Part shown: piece after piece, positions 47,223-57,215 of the stretch | Layout: each line of letters starts with the position of its first letter | Numbering within the stretch: position 1 is the stretch's first letter | Source of the DNA: Rubricoccaceae bacterium | Lineage (GTDB): Bacteria; Bacteroidota; Rhodothermia; Rhodothermales; Rubricoccaceae | Length of the DNA stretch: 64,000 nt | Assembly (NCBI GenBank): GCA_963728345.1 | Contig: CAVSJM010000007.1 | Location: 81,155-145,154, forward strand | Reading direction: 5' to 3' | Translations under genes and position numbers: made by a program | The notes under the pieces: generated by a model | What the model saw: the letters and a program-made list of their open reading frames with translations, nothing else | Databases searched by the model: none | What the model was told of the DNA's origin: nothing

Positions 47223-49460
47223 ATGATCTCTCGCTACGCCCTCCTCCTCGCCGTCCTCGGGATCTCGCTCGGCGCGTCCGCGCAGACCGCCCAGGACGTC
47301 ACGCTCGCCGCCCCCGGCGGCACTGTTACCATCGACCGGGACGACTACGGCGTCCCCCACATCCAGGCGCCCACCGAGGCGGCCGTGTTCTTCGGCCAGG
47401 GCTTCGCGGCCGCCCAGGACCGTCTCTTCCAGATGGAGACGTTCTGGCGCACCGCGACGGGCCGCCTCTCCGAACTGGCCGGCCCCGGCAGCGACCGCAA
47501 CAGCAACGGCGTCGGCGACAACGTGGAGCAGGACGAGGCCATCCGGACCGTCTTCTACACCGACGCCGAGCGGGCCGCGCAGTACGACGCCCTCTCGGAC
47601 CGCCTCCAGACAATGATCTCGTCGTACGTCGCTGGGGTCAACGCCTACATCGACTCGACGGCCGCGAACCCGTCGGTCTACCTCCCGCTCGAGTACGCGG
47701 CCGGCGGCTTCGCGCCCGAGCCGTGGACCATCAACAAGGCGATGGCGGTGATGCAGTTCTTCATCCGCCGGTTCGGCGAGATCGGCGGCGAGGAGCTCGC
47801 GCGGCTGGCCGAGCTGCAGGCGCAGGGCGAGGAGTGGTTCAACCTGAACCGCCCCGTGAACGACCCCACCGCCGCCGTCACGATTGAGACGGGCAGCCAG
47901 GCCGCGCCGCCGACCTCGTCGGTGAGCTACGGCGGGGCCGCCGTGGACCCGGCCCTGGCCGCTGACGTGATGGACCGCCGAGACGCCCTCACGGCCTCGC
48001 TCATCCGTAACGGCGTGCCCCACAAGTTCGGCTCGTTCGCCGCTGTGGTGAGCGGGTCGATGTCGGAGTCCGGGCGCGTGATGCTGCTCGGGGCGCCACA
48101 GATGGGGCAGCCGGCCGAGACGCAGAAGGCCGTCACGGCCGAGTTCGAGCTGCTCGTCGGCGAGCCCGAGGGCGACGGGCTCCACGTGGCTGGCATGTCG
48201 GTCCCCGGCATTCCAGGCGTCATCATCGGCCGGACGCGCGGGCGGGCGTGGACGTTCACGACCGGCGCCACCGACAACACGGACACGTTCACCCTCACGC
48301 TCGGTCCGCCCGCGGCGGGCGGCGTGCCGACCTACGTCTACGACGGGTCGGTCCGCCCGGCGGAGGTCTTCGTCGAGACGATCAACGTGCGGGGGATGGC
48401 GCCGGTGACGTACACCCACTTCCGGTCGGTCCACGGGCCGGTCTACGCGCTCGACGCGGCCAACGGCCGGGCCTATGCCTACCGGTACACGTTCTGGGAG
48501 AACGAGCTGGAGATGGCTGAGGCCCTGCTCGATGCGTGGGACGCCGAGTCGATCGAGGCGTTCGAGGCCGCCGCGGCGCGCATCCCCGTCTCGTTCAACA
48601 TGTTCTACGCCGACACGGACCAGAACATCGCCTACTGGCACGTCGGGCAGTACCCCGTCCGCCCCGGCGACGCGGACCCGCGCCTCCCGCTGGCGGGCGA
48701 CGGGACCCAGGAGTGGGTCGGGCTGACCGAATTCGCGCAGCAGCCGCAGTCCGTCAACCCGGCGCAGGGGTACTTCACCAACTGGAATAACAAGCCGGTG
48801 GCGTGGTGGAACCAGGGCGACAACGTGCCCTGGACCGCGACGACGCCGAACCGCCTCCGCTACTACGACGGCGTCGAGTTCTTGAAGGCGCACCTCGAAG
48901 CGTCGGCGCCGGTGTCGTTCGAGGACCTGCAGGGGCTCACGCGCGTCGTCCGTACCAACCCCGACTACCAGGAGTACCCGGCCACCTACCAGCAGGTCGT
49001 CGAGTTCTCGCCGTTCGGGGGGAGCTATGCCGAGAACCTGATCCCGCCGGGCCAGAGCGGGTTCGTCAACGCCGCGCAGGACACGAGTGCCAACTTCTCG
49101 GACCAGTGGCCGCTCTACCAGTCGTCGGAGGGCGAGGGCGAGGTGGAGATGAAGCCGTTCACCTTCCTCGGCGCCACGTCCGTCGCGGCCGAGGAGGGGC
49201 CGTCCGGGGACGTCGGCATCGGGGCCGTCTACCCCAACCCGACCGCCCGCGAGGCCACCGTCGCCTTCTCGGCGCAGGGCGACGCCCGCCTGGAGGTGTT
49301 CGACGCCCTCGGCCGGCGTGTCGCCGTGCTCCACGATGGCCCGGTCGCGCCGGACGCCACGGCCACGCTGGACGCCCGGACGCTCGCGCCCGGCATCTAC
49401 GTCGTCCGCCTCACCGCCGGCGGCGAGGTCTCGTCACGCCGGTTCGTCGTCGCACGCTAG
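47223..49460 (+). CDS. Penicillin acylase family Ntn-hydrolase with T9SS type A C-terminal sorting domain
   Basis: IDRDDYGVPHI, GFAAAQDRLFQM, GS at the predicted cleavage site, PQMG, NWNNKP, PPGQSG, DQW. C-terminal YPNP...EVFDALGRRV...GIYVVRL is a Por secretion tail. Confidence 0.88.
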   Translation: MISRYALLLAVLGISLGASAQTAQDVTLAAPGGTVTIDRDDYGVPHIQAPTEAAVFFGQGFAAAQDRLFQMETFWRTATGRLSELAGPGSDRNSNGVGDNVEQDEAIRTVFYTDAERAAQYDALSDRLQTMISSYVAGVNAYIDSTAANPSVYLPLEYAAGGFAPEPWTINKAMAVMQFFIRRFGEIGGEELARLAELQAQGEEWFNLNRPVNDPTAAVTIETGSQAAPPTSSVSYGGAAVDPALAADVMDRRDALTASLIRNGVPHKFGSFAAVVSGSMSESGRVMLLGAPQMGQPAETQKAVTAEFELLVGEPEGDGLHVAGMSVPGIPGVIIGRTRGRAWTFTTGATDNTDTFTLTLGPPAAGGVPTYVYDGSVRPAEVFVETINVRGMAPVTYTHFRSVHGPVYALDAANGRAYAYRYTFWENELEMAEALLDAWDAESIEAFEAAAARIPVSFNMFYADTDQNIAYWHVGQYPVRPGDADPRLPLAGDGTQEWVGLTEFAQQPQSVNPAQGYFTNWNNKPVAWWNQGDNVPWTATTPNRLRYYDGVEFLKAHLEASAPVSFEDLQGLTRVVRTNPDYQEYPATYQQVVEFSPFGGSYAENLIPPGQSGFVNAAQDTSANFSDQWPLYQSSEGEGEVEMKPFTFLGATSVAAEEGPSGDVGIGAVYPNPTAREATVAFSAQGDARLEVFDALGRRVAVLHDGPVAPDATATLDARTLAPGIYVVRLTAGGEVSSRRFVVAR

Positions 49461-49482
49461 GCGGCGGCCTTCTGACAACGAA

Positions 49483-49515
49483 GCGGCCCCGCTGGCGTCG
49501 TGCCAGCGGGGCCGC
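49483..49515. terminator. Stem-loop between convergent genes
   Basis: Perfect 14-bp stem GCGGCCCCGCTGGC/GCCAGCGGGGCCGC with a 5-nt loop. Confidence 0.75.
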
Positions 49516-49560
49516 GTCCTGCTCGGCCGGCCGGGGCGCCGGCCGGACGTCGTCTCGGGC

Positions 49561-51135
49561 CTAGTTGAACCCGACGCCGCTCACGGCCGGGCGGATGTCC
49601 GTGTTGGCGATCTCCCAGGCCGTCCCGAACACGAGCCGGGCGATCCGCGCCATCCGGTCGTAGTCGATCTTGTCCGGGCTGTCGCCGACGCGGTGGTAGT
49701 CCTCGTGCGTCCCGGTGAAGTAGAAGATGAACGGGATCTGGTGCTTCCCGAAGTTCCAGTGGTCGCTCCGGCGGAAGAACTGGTTCGGGTCGTCGGGCGA
49801 GTTGAAGCGGTCCGAGAGGAGGAGGCCCGTGCCGGTCACGTCGTTGACGGACGCGTTCCAGTCGGCGATGTCCTGCGAGATGAGGTCGGCGCCGATGATG
49901 TAGACGTAGTCGGTCCGCTCGAACCCGCGCTCGGGGTCGTGCCGGCCGATCATGTCGATGTTGAGGTCGGCGGCGACGTTCTCGAGCGGGACGAGCGGTT
50001 CGTAGTCGGCGAAGTACTCGCTCCCCAGGAGGCCCTTCTCCTCGCCGGTGACGTGGAGGAAGAGGATCGAGCGGCGCGGGCCGTGGCCGTCCTCCTTGGC
50101 CGTCTGGAACGCCTCGGCGATCTCGAGGAGCGAGATCGTGCCCGAGCCGTCGTCGTCGGCCCCGTTGTTGATGACGTCCTCATCGCCGTTCGGCGTGCCG
50201 ACGCCGATGTGGTCGAGGTGGGCGCTGATGACGACGAACTCGTTCTTCAGGACCGGGTCGGAGCCCTCGATCATGGCCACGACGTTCTCCGTCTCGACCG
50301 TCGTCGTCTCCATGTCGGCGTCGACGGCCAGCATCACGCCGGTGTCGCCGGGGGCCGAGCGGTCGACGCCCTCCAGGAGGCGGTCGGCGACGTCGATGCC
50401 GGTGAAGAGGAGGGGCGGGAGGCCGCCGGCCTCGTCGTCCGCTCCGCCTCGGGGCGGGAGGGTGAGGCGGCCGCCACGGAAGGCGCGGGCCGCCACCGGC
50501 GCGAGCGAGGCCACCTCCGGTTCGGTGGCGATGACGACGGCGCGGGCGCCGGCCTCCCGGAGTGCCGCGGCGCCGGCCTGCAGGGCCGCACGGCCGCCGT
50601 CGCCCGGGATCATGAGGGCGATCGCGTCCTCGACGTCGACGCCCGAGAGGTCGGTGGCGTCGCCGACGAACACGAGCCGCGCGGGCGAGGCGTCGTTGAG
50701 GGAGCCGTAGGCCGGCGCGAGCACGAGGTCGTCCGTGTCGTCCGGGCCGACGGTGCTCTCGAGGAACGCCGTTCCGCCGCGCGTGGCCGTGACGGACAGG
50801 CGGCGGAGCGCCTTCTGTTCCAGTTCGAACGGCTGGAGGTAGCCGTCGAGGTTGTAGGGGCTGTCGGACGAGCCGGTGCCTTTGGGAAGGATGCCCATCG
50901 TCTGGTACTCGCCGGCGAGGTAGCGGGCGGCGAAGCGCTGGCCAGGCTCGCCGGTCTCGCGGCCGGCCATGTAGTCGTCGGCGTAGACGTAGAGGTGGCC
51001 GGCGAGCTCGGCGGGCGTGATGGTCGCCTGGTACGTCTGGGCCAGCGTCGGGTCGGCCGTGGCCGACGGCGTCTGCGCGTGGACAGACGTACCTATGAGG
51101 GCGAGCGCGGCGAGCGGGAAGAAACGGAGTCTCAT
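49561..51135 (-). CDS. M28 family metallopeptidase, secreted
   Basis: Signal peptide, GRETG, SAHLDH, GADDDGSG, GEEKGLLGS, NIDMIGR, RSDH, DYH. Confidence 0.92.
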   Translation of the reverse strand: MRLRFFPLAALALIGTSVHAQTPSATADPTLAQTYQATITPAELAGHLYVYADDYMAGRETGEPGQRFAARYLAGEYQTMGILPKGTGSSDSPYNLDGYLQPFELEQKALRRLSVTATRGGTAFLESTVGPDDTDDLVLAPAYGSLNDASPARLVFVGDATDLSGVDVEDAIALMIPGDGGRAALQAGAAALREAGARAVVIATEPEVASLAPVAARAFRGGRLTLPPRGGADDEAGGLPPLLFTGIDVADRLLEGVDRSAPGDTGVMLAVDADMETTTVETENVVAMIEGSDPVLKNEFVVISAHLDHIGVGTPNGDEDVINNGADDDGSGTISLLEIAEAFQTAKEDGHGPRRSILFLHVTGEEKGLLGSEYFADYEPLVPLENVAADLNIDMIGRHDPERGFERTDYVYIIGADLISQDIADWNASVNDVTGTGLLLSDRFNSPDDPNQFFRRSDHWNFGKHQIPFIFYFTGTHEDYHRVGDSPDKIDYDRMARIARLVFGTAWEIANTDIRPAVSGVGFN

Positions 51136-51249
51136 GCGGGAGGGGTGTGGGCGTGAATAGGAAGGGGGAACGACGGCGGGCCGGGATTCGGGTGGCGAGC
51201 CGTTGAGGTTTCGCGGGAGTCGGGAAACAGACCGACCGGCCCTGGCCGG

Positions 51250-52185
51250 TCAGTACAGGCGGCGGCGCTTGTCGAGGTAGGCGCGGAGGGCGTCGGCGTA
51301 GGGGCGGGCCGTGTCGAGCGTCACGTAGTCGACGCCGGCCTCGCGGCACCGGCGGCGGACGTCGGCGAGGAAGGCCTCGGCGGCCTCCCGGTAGCCCTCG
51401 CGGAGCTGGGCCGGCTGGAGCGTCATCTCCTCGCCCGTCTCCAGGTCGCGCACGCGAAGGGGCCGGTCCTCGAAGTCGAACCGGCGCTCCGTCGCCGCGT
51501 CGAGCACGTGGAAGACCACCACCTCGTGCCCGCGGTGGCGGAGGTGGCGGAGGGAGCGGACCGTCTCCTCGGCGTCGGACACGTTGTCGAACAGGTCGCT
51601 GATGACGACCACGAGCGACCGGCGCGGGATCCGATCGGCGACCTCGTGGAGCGCCTCGGCGGCGGCTGTCTCGGCGCCGGGCGGCGTCGCCGGGGCGGGG
51701 CCCTCGGTGAGCGAGGCGAGGCGGGCCAGGAGCGTCCGGACGTGGCCCGACGTGCTCTTCGGCGGGAGGAGCGTGTGGACCGACCGGTCGAAGGCGATGA
51801 GGCCCGTCGCGTCGCGCTGCTTCGCCATCAGGACGTGGAGCGCGCCGGCGAGGGTCGCGCTGTACCCCAGCTTCGTCACCCCCGCGTGCCCGGCGTACCG
51901 CATCGACGCCGACGTGTCGAGGACCACAAAGTGGCGGAGGTTAGTCTCCTCCTCATAGCGCTTCACCACGAGCCGGTCCGAGCGGCCGTACACCTTCCAG
52001 TCGACGTGGCGGAGCTCGTCGCCGGGGTTGTAGGCCCGGTGCTCGGCGAATTCGACGGAGAACCCGTGGAACGGGCTCTTGTGGAGGCCGGTGATGAACC
52101 CCTCTACGACGGCCCGCGCGCGCAGCTCGAACGACTCGATCTGGGCGAGGGCCTCGGGGGTGAGGAGGGCAGGAGCGTCGGGCAT
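51250..52185 (-). CDS. DUF58 family protein (second, different subtype)
   Basis: ARAVVEGFITGLHKSPFHGFSVEFAEHRAYNPGDELRHVDWK, YEEETN, LDTSASM, VISDL. Confidence 0.93.
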   Translation of the reverse strand: MPDAPALLTPEALAQIESFELRARAVVEGFITGLHKSPFHGFSVEFAEHRAYNPGDELRHVDWKVYGRSDRLVVKRYEEETNLRHFVVLDTSASMRYAGHAGVTKLGYSATLAGALHVLMAKQRDATGLIAFDRSVHTLLPPKSTSGHVRTLLARLASLTEGPAPATPPGAETAAAEALHEVADRIPRRSLVVVISDLFDNVSDAEETVRSLRHLRHRGHEVVVFHVLDAATERRFDFEDRPLRVRDLETGEEMTLQPAQLREGYREAAEAFLADVRRRCREAGVDYVTLDTARPYADALRAYLDKRRRLY

Positions 52186-52332
52186 GGCGGGAAGGGTAAC
52201 GCCATCGGCGCGCGAGCAGTACGCCTCTCCGGCGGCGGGTCGGCGGAGTCCGCCCGGCACAGGCTGGGCCGGTGGCAGACCGGGGGGACGGTCGTGGACG
52301 AGGCCGCTCGCCGAGCCGCTCCTCCATGCCAC

Positions 52333-52360
52333 GCCCCCGCCGGCCGAAGCCGACGGGGGC
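52333..52360 (-). terminator. Stem-loop downstream of the lectin gene
   Basis: Minus strand GCCCCCGUCGGC-UUCG-GCCGGCGGGGGC, a 12-bp stem with one G-U pair. A second small hairpin lies at about 52366-52383. Confidence 0.6.
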
Positions 52361-52424
52361 GCGATCCGACCTTAGAGGGTCGGTCTGACGTCATCCGAGC
52401 CGCGGAGGACCTTGTCCGCAGACG

Positions 52425-53441
52425 TTATCCGTGGACTTGGAGGTTGCCGTGCTCCCACTCGAAGAGGACGCCCGCGTTGGGGAAGTCGTCGCCGTCCTGT
52501 TGGAGGGCGCAGTTCTGGGCGATCCCGCTCGACGGCGAGTAGAAGAAGTATCCGATAGCATCGTTCTCTGCGCCGGACCCTTCGCCGTTGTCCACCGTGC
52601 GCCACCAGAACTCCGTGCCCACTGGGAGATCGGGGTCGTTGGAGCGTGTGGTGACGCCCCCGGCCCAGGCGCTGTTGCCCCACACGCTGAGACACGAGAC
52701 CTCGAGGTGAATCTTGACGCCGCCCAGCCATGTCATTTCCGCCTGTCCCTTGACCGACGCATCGGCTCGTTTCTGAGCGTTGAAGGCGAACGTCTCGCCG
52801 CCGGCTCCGCCTCCGCCCGTTAACCGAGTTGGGCACTCGTACTCGACGACGTAGCCGTTGACCAGCGCCTCGGTGTCCCCCTCGTCGTTCACAAACAGGA
52901 AGGGGACGCTATCGCCGTTCGAGTCATTCCATGTCCCGAATTGGGGGCCGGTGGGTTCGCCCAGGTTGGCATAGGCCGGGGGGAGGAAGTGGAGCGATTC
53001 CTCGTCGGTGCCGTTGTAGTCATTGGGCTCACCAGTGGCTGCATTCCAGTTGGTGTAGAGGAACGTCTCGCCGGTGACCCAGCTCCAGCCCGCGGTCGGG
53101 TCCGTCTCGCCGGGTGCCTGCGTGCCGCCGAGCCAGTACCCGCCCTCGACAGCCTCAGGGAAGGTCTGCACGATCCAGTCGTTCTCGTCCTGCGACGTGA
53201 CCACGGCGAGGTGGGCGTCGCACTGGCGGTAGGACATGCCTTCCGCGGCGGCGTTGGCGTCGGACCACGTGATGCCGCCGTCGGCCACCGCCGCGTAGTA
53301 GTTGCGGTTGAGTTCGTTGTAGACGAGCCCATCGGGGAGCGCTCGCCCGAGGGCTTGGGAGGAAGCGGGCTCCGGGTCGAGGCCCGACGCGTCGCACGCC
53401 GCGAGGAGGACGGCGAGGGAGAGCAGAAGGAAGGAGCGCAT
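52425..53441 (-). CDS. C-type lectin domain lipoprotein with an additional C-terminal beta domain
   Basis: Lipobox LLAAC. CTLD hallmarks TWSDA, HLAVVTSQDEND, YWLGG, WSWVTGE, YTNW, GEPND, WND, YVVEY. Start at ATG 53441. Confidence 0.85.
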   Translation of the reverse strand: MRSFLLLSLAVLLAACDASGLDPEPASSQALGRALPDGLVYNELNRNYYAAVADGGITWSDANAAAEGMSYRQCDAHLAVVTSQDENDWIVQTFPEAVEGGYWLGGTQAPGETDPTAGWSWVTGETFLYTNWNAATGEPNDYNGTDEESLHFLPPAYANLGEPTGPQFGTWNDSNGDSVPFLFVNDEGDTEALVNGYVVEYECPTRLTGGGGAGGETFAFNAQKRADASVKGQAEMTWLGGVKIHLEVSCLSVWGNSAWAGGVTTRSNDPDLPVGTEFWWRTVDNGEGSGAENDAIGYFFYSPSSGIAQNCALQQDGDDFPNAGVLFEWEHGNLQVHG

Positions 53442-53658
53442 AGGGGGAAGGGATGGGGGTGGGAGGGAACAGGTCTCATTACAATCCAGATGGTTAAAAA
53501 ACAAAAATTTGAGCACGAACGGGCCTGGCGGCGAGAGGGTCGCGGATCTCCCCGGCCTGCCGGCCCCGAGGGGCTTCCGCCGCTCGACATCCGCCGATTC
53601 GCGCGCTTGGAGATTCCCGCGTCGGCGGACGTTGGCAGACCGGAGGTAGCTTCCGACC

Positions 53659-54228
53659 ATGCCGCCCTCCGACCGCGTCAAGGCCCACCTCATGGACGCC
53701 GCCGACATGGCGCGGACGCTCGACCGTCTGGCCCGGCAGGTCGTCGAAGAGTTGGACGACGAGGCGGCCCCGGCCGACCGGCTCGCCCTCATCGGGATGC
53801 AGACGCGAGGCGTCCACCTCGCACGCCGCCTGCGCGACCGGATCGAGGCCATCGAGGAGATCCGCCTCCCGTTCGGGGTGCTCGACGCCACGTTCTACCG
53901 CGACGACGTGGGGCTGGGCACCGGCCGGCCGACGCCGCTCGTCCAGCCGACCGACATCCCGTTCCGCCTCGACGGCCGCCGCCTCGTCCTCGTCGACGAC
54001 GTGGTGTACACCGGCCGGACGACGCGGGCCGCCCTCGACGCGCTCGTCGACATGGGCCGGCCCGCGAGCGTCCGCCTCCTCGCCTTCATCGACCGGGGCC
54101 TCCGCGAGCTCCCCGTCGCGCCGGACTACGTCGGCCGCCACGTCCCGACGGCGCCCGGCGAGCTCGTCCGCGTGCGCCTGGAGGAGGAGGACGGCGAGGA
54201 CGGCGTCTGGCTCGTCGAGAAGTCCTGA
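53659..54228 (+). CDS. pyrR: PyrR pyrimidine regulator / uracil phosphoribosyltransferase
   Basis: [37 protein letters not shown]...PDYVG. Confidence 0.95.
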   Translation: MPPSDRVKAHLMDAADMARTLDRLARQVVEELDDEAAPADRLALIGMQTRGVHLARRLRDRIEAIEEIRLPFGVLDATFYRDDVGLGTGRPTPLVQPTDIPFRLDGRRLVLVDDVVYTGRTTRAALDALVDMGRPASVRLLAFIDRGLRELPVAPDYVGRHVPTAPGELVRVRLEEEDGEDGVWLVEKS

Positions 54229-54232
54229 CCCC

Positions 54233-55237
54233 GTGAGCATCCAGACCGCCGCCGCCCTCCGCCACCGCCACCTCCTCGGGCTGGCCGACTACGCCGCCGA
54301 CGAGGTTCGCCTCGTGCTCCAGACCGCCCGCGCCTTCCGCGACGTGCTGGAGCGGCCCATCAAGCGGGTCCCGAGCCTGCGCGGCGTCACGTGTTGCAAC
54401 CTGTTCTTCGAGAACTCGACCCGCACGCGCCTCTCGTTCGAGCTGGCCGAGAAGCGGCTCTCGGCGGACGTCATGAACTTCTCGGCCAGCGGGTCGAGCG
54501 TGTCGAAGGGCGAGACGCTCAAGGACACGGCCCGCAACATCGAGGCGATGAAGGTGGACCTCGCCGTGATCCGTCACCGCTCGGCCGGCGCCGCCCACTT
54601 CCTCACGCGCTGCATCGACGGCGTCGTCGTGAACGCAGGCGACGGGCAGCACGAGCACCCCACGCAGGCGCTCCTCGACGCCCTCACCATCTCCGACCTC
54701 GCGGTCCCCGGCCACCCCGACCTGAAGACGTTCGACTTCCGCGGGCTGAACGTCGCCATCCTCGGCGACATCGCTCACAGCCGCGTGGCGCGCTCGAACG
54801 TCTACGGGCTCACGGCGCTCGGCGCGCACGTCACGCTCTGTGGCCCGCGCACCATGATGCCGGTCGAGGTGGAGGCCGCCCTCGACGGCCGCGACGTGAC
54901 GGTGACGGATCGGCTGGACGAGGCGCTCGACGGGTGCGACGTGGCGATGGCCCTCCGCATCCAGCTGGAGCGCCAGAAGGACCAGATCGGCCTCACGCCG
55001 TCGCTGCGGGAGTACCACACGATGTACGGGATCCGCCCCGAGCACCTGGAGCAGAACCCGGACCTCTGGGTGATGCACCCCGGCCCCGTGAACCGCGGCG
55101 TCGAACTGGCCGGCGAGGTCGTCGACTCGGACCGGTCCGTCATCCTGAACCAGGTGACGAACGGCGTGGCCGTCCGGATGGCCGTGCTCTACCTCCTCAC
55201 CGGCGCCGACACGTTCACCGACGCCGAGGCCGCCTGA
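54233..55237 (+). CDS. pyrB: Aspartate carbamoyltransferase catalytic subunit
   Basis: [66 protein letters not shown]. Confidence 0.97.
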   Translation: MSIQTAAALRHRHLLGLADYAADEVRLVLQTARAFRDVLERPIKRVPSLRGVTCCNLFFENSTRTRLSFELAEKRLSADVMNFSASGSSVSKGETLKDTARNIEAMKVDLAVIRHRSAGAAHFLTRCIDGVVVNAGDGQHEHPTQALLDALTISDLAVPGHPDLKTFDFRGLNVAILGDIAHSRVARSNVYGLTALGAHVTLCGPRTMMPVEVEAALDGRDVTVTDRLDEALDGCDVAMALRIQLERQKDQIGLTPSLREYHTMYGIRPEHLEQNPDLWVMHPGPVNRGVELAGEVVDSDRSVILNQVTNGVAVRMAVLYLLTGADTFTDAEAA

Positions 55238-55283
55238 GCGTCCCCGCGGATCCTCACCCGGCGGACGTGACGTACCCGGTCCT

Positions 55284-55757
55284 ATGAGCAAGAAACCAAC
55301 CATCGTCGGCTGGCGGGAGTGGGTCGGGTTCCCCGAGATCGGGCTCCCGGCCGTCCGCTGCAAGGTGGACACCGGCGCGGCCACCTCCGCGATCCACGCC
55401 CACGACGTCGAGATCGTGGACCGCGACGGCGAGCACTGGGCGCGCTTCGTCGTCCACCCCTTCTTCCGGCGGCACGACCGCCTGGCCGTGACGTGTGAGG
55501 CGCCGGTCGTGGACGAGCGCGAGGTGACCTCGTCGAGCGGCCACGCCGAGAGCCGCGTCGTGATCGGGGTCATGTTCCGGCTCGGCCTCAAGTCCGACGC
55601 GCCGGAGTGGCCCATCGAGGTGACGCTGACCGACCGGCGCGCGATGCGCTTCCCGATGCTCCTCGGCCGCGGGGCCATGGCCGGCCGCGTCCTCGTCGAC
55701 TCCGACGCCTCGTTCCTCCTCGGCCGCCCGGACCACCCCGGCGCCTTCTACCAGTAG
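55284..55757 (+). CDS. RimK-associated retropepsin-like protease (putative ATP-dependent zinc protease family)
   Basis: VGWREWV, KVDTGAATSA, SSSGH, TLTDR..M.FPMLLGR. Immediately upstream of rimK. Confidence 0.9.
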   Translation: MSKKPTIVGWREWVGFPEIGLPAVRCKVDTGAATSAIHAHDVEIVDRDGEHWARFVVHPFFRRHDRLAVTCEAPVVDEREVTSSSGHAESRVVIGVMFRLGLKSDAPEWPIEVTLTDRRAMRFPMLLGRGAMAGRVLVDSDASFLLGRPDHPGAFYQ

Positions 55758-55845
55758 TCGCCCGGATCCGGCTGTGCGCCCGCGTACGCTGCGGGACGGC
55801 CGCCCCGCGCACCGCCTGTTTGGCCTGCCCCTCTGACGACCCTCC

Positions 55846-56745
55846 ATGCGCCTCGCCATCCTCTCTCGCAACCCCGAACTGTACTCGACGCGCCGCCTCG
55901 TGGAGGCCGCCGAGAAGCGGGGGCATGAGGTCCAGATCCTCGACACGCTCCGCTGCACGGCCCACCTCACGGCCAGCGGCCCGGAGGTCCACTATCACGG
56001 CGAGCCGCTCGACCCGCCCGACGCCATCATCCCGCGCGTCGGCGCGTCGATCACGTTCTACGGGCTCTCCATCGTCCGCCAGTTCGAGGCGATGGGCGTG
56101 TGGACGCTCAACAGCGCCGTCGGGATCACGCGCTCGCGCGACAAGCTCCGCGCCCACCAGTTCCTCGCCAAGAAGGGGATCGCCCTCCCACGCACGGCCT
56201 TCGCCCACAAGGCCGACGACGCCGCCGACCTCATCAAGTCGGTCGGCGGACCGCCCGTGATCGTGAAGCTCCTGGAGGGGACGCAGGGCGTGGGCGTCGT
56301 GCTCTGCGAGACGCGGAAGGCGGCGGAGAGCGTGATCCAGGCGTTCCGCGGGATGAGGGCCTACCTCTTGGTGCAGGAGTTCATCAAGGAGGCCGGCGGC
56401 GCCGACGTGCGCCTGTTCGTCGTGGGCGACCGCGTGATCGCGGGGATGAAGCGGCAGGGCGCCGAGGGCGAGTTCCGCTCGAACCTCCACCGCGGCGGGA
56501 GCGCCTCGGCCATCAAGATCAGCCCGGCCGAGCGGCGCACCGCGGTGGCTGCCTGCAAAGCGCTCGGGCTGAAGGTGGCCGGCGTCGACGTGCTCCAGTC
56601 GGAGCGCGGGCCGCTGGTCCTGGAGGTCAACTCGTCGCCGGGCCTGGAGGGGATCGAGGCCTCGACCGGGAAGGACGTGGCCGGGTCCGTGATCGGCTTC
56701 ATCGAGAAGAGCCTGGAGGCACGGAAGGCCGTCCGGATGGAGTAG
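55846..56745 (+). CDS. rimK: RimK family alpha-L-glutamate ligase
   Basis: [60 protein letters not shown]. Confidence 0.96.
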   Translation: MRLAILSRNPELYSTRRLVEAAEKRGHEVQILDTLRCTAHLTASGPEVHYHGEPLDPPDAIIPRVGASITFYGLSIVRQFEAMGVWTLNSAVGITRSRDKLRAHQFLAKKGIALPRTAFAHKADDAADLIKSVGGPPVIVKLLEGTQGVGVVLCETRKAAESVIQAFRGMRAYLLVQEFIKEAGGADVRLFVVGDRVIAGMKRQGAEGEFRSNLHRGGSASAIKISPAERRTAVAACKALGLKVAGVDVLQSERGPLVLEVNSSPGLEGIEASTGKDVAGSVIGFIEKSLEARKAVRME

Positions 56746-56759
56746 CGTCCGACCGCGCG

Positions 56760-57215
56760 TCAGACGAACCGGGCGCGCTCCTCGGGGGTGGGGAGACGGC
56801 ACGTATCCTTTTTTCCGAACCACCGATATCGGTTTGCGGCCACCCAGCGGTACACGGCGTCGCGGAGCGGGCGGGGCACGGCGAGGAGGCCGTAGAGGAG
56901 CGACCACGGGAGGCCGAGCCCACGCAGCACGCGGAGCGCGGCCGTCGACTGCTCGTGGATCCCGCCGCCGTCGGCGAGGACGACGGTGTCGAGGAGGGCG
57001 TCGGCATGATTGCCGTGGGCGGCGAGGAAGGCGCGCGCCTCGTCGGACTGGAGCGAGGCGAAGGCGAACCGTTCCGCCGCGTCATGGCGCATGACGAAGT
57101 CGACGGACGCGTTGCAGAGCGTGCACACGCCGTCGAACAGGAGGACGGCCTCACCCGCGTCCAGGCGGCGCTGAAGGGCCGAGGTCTCGGCGGGTGGAGT
57201 CAGCGTTTCGGTCAT
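56760..57215 (-). CDS. DCC1-like thiol-disulfide oxidoreductase (DUF393)
   Basis: LFDGVCTLCN (DxxCxxC), FASLQS, RDAVYRWVAANRYRWFG. Start at MTETLTPP. Confidence 0.92.
   Translation of the reverse strand: MTETLTPPAETSALQRRLDAGEAVLLFDGVCTLCNASVDFVMRHDAAERFAFASLQSDEARAFLAAHGNHADALLDTVVLADGGGIHEQSTAALRVLRGLGLPWSLLYGLLAVPRPLRDAVYRWVAANRYRWFGKKDTCRLPTPEERARFV

Noticed and set aside
53480-53500. AATCCAGATGGTT resembling a PyrR-binding loop upstream of pyrR
   Set aside because: It is one base short of ARUCCNGNGAGGYU, with no supporting stem, terminator or antiterminator. More likely part of the AT-rich promoter region of the divergent lectin gene.
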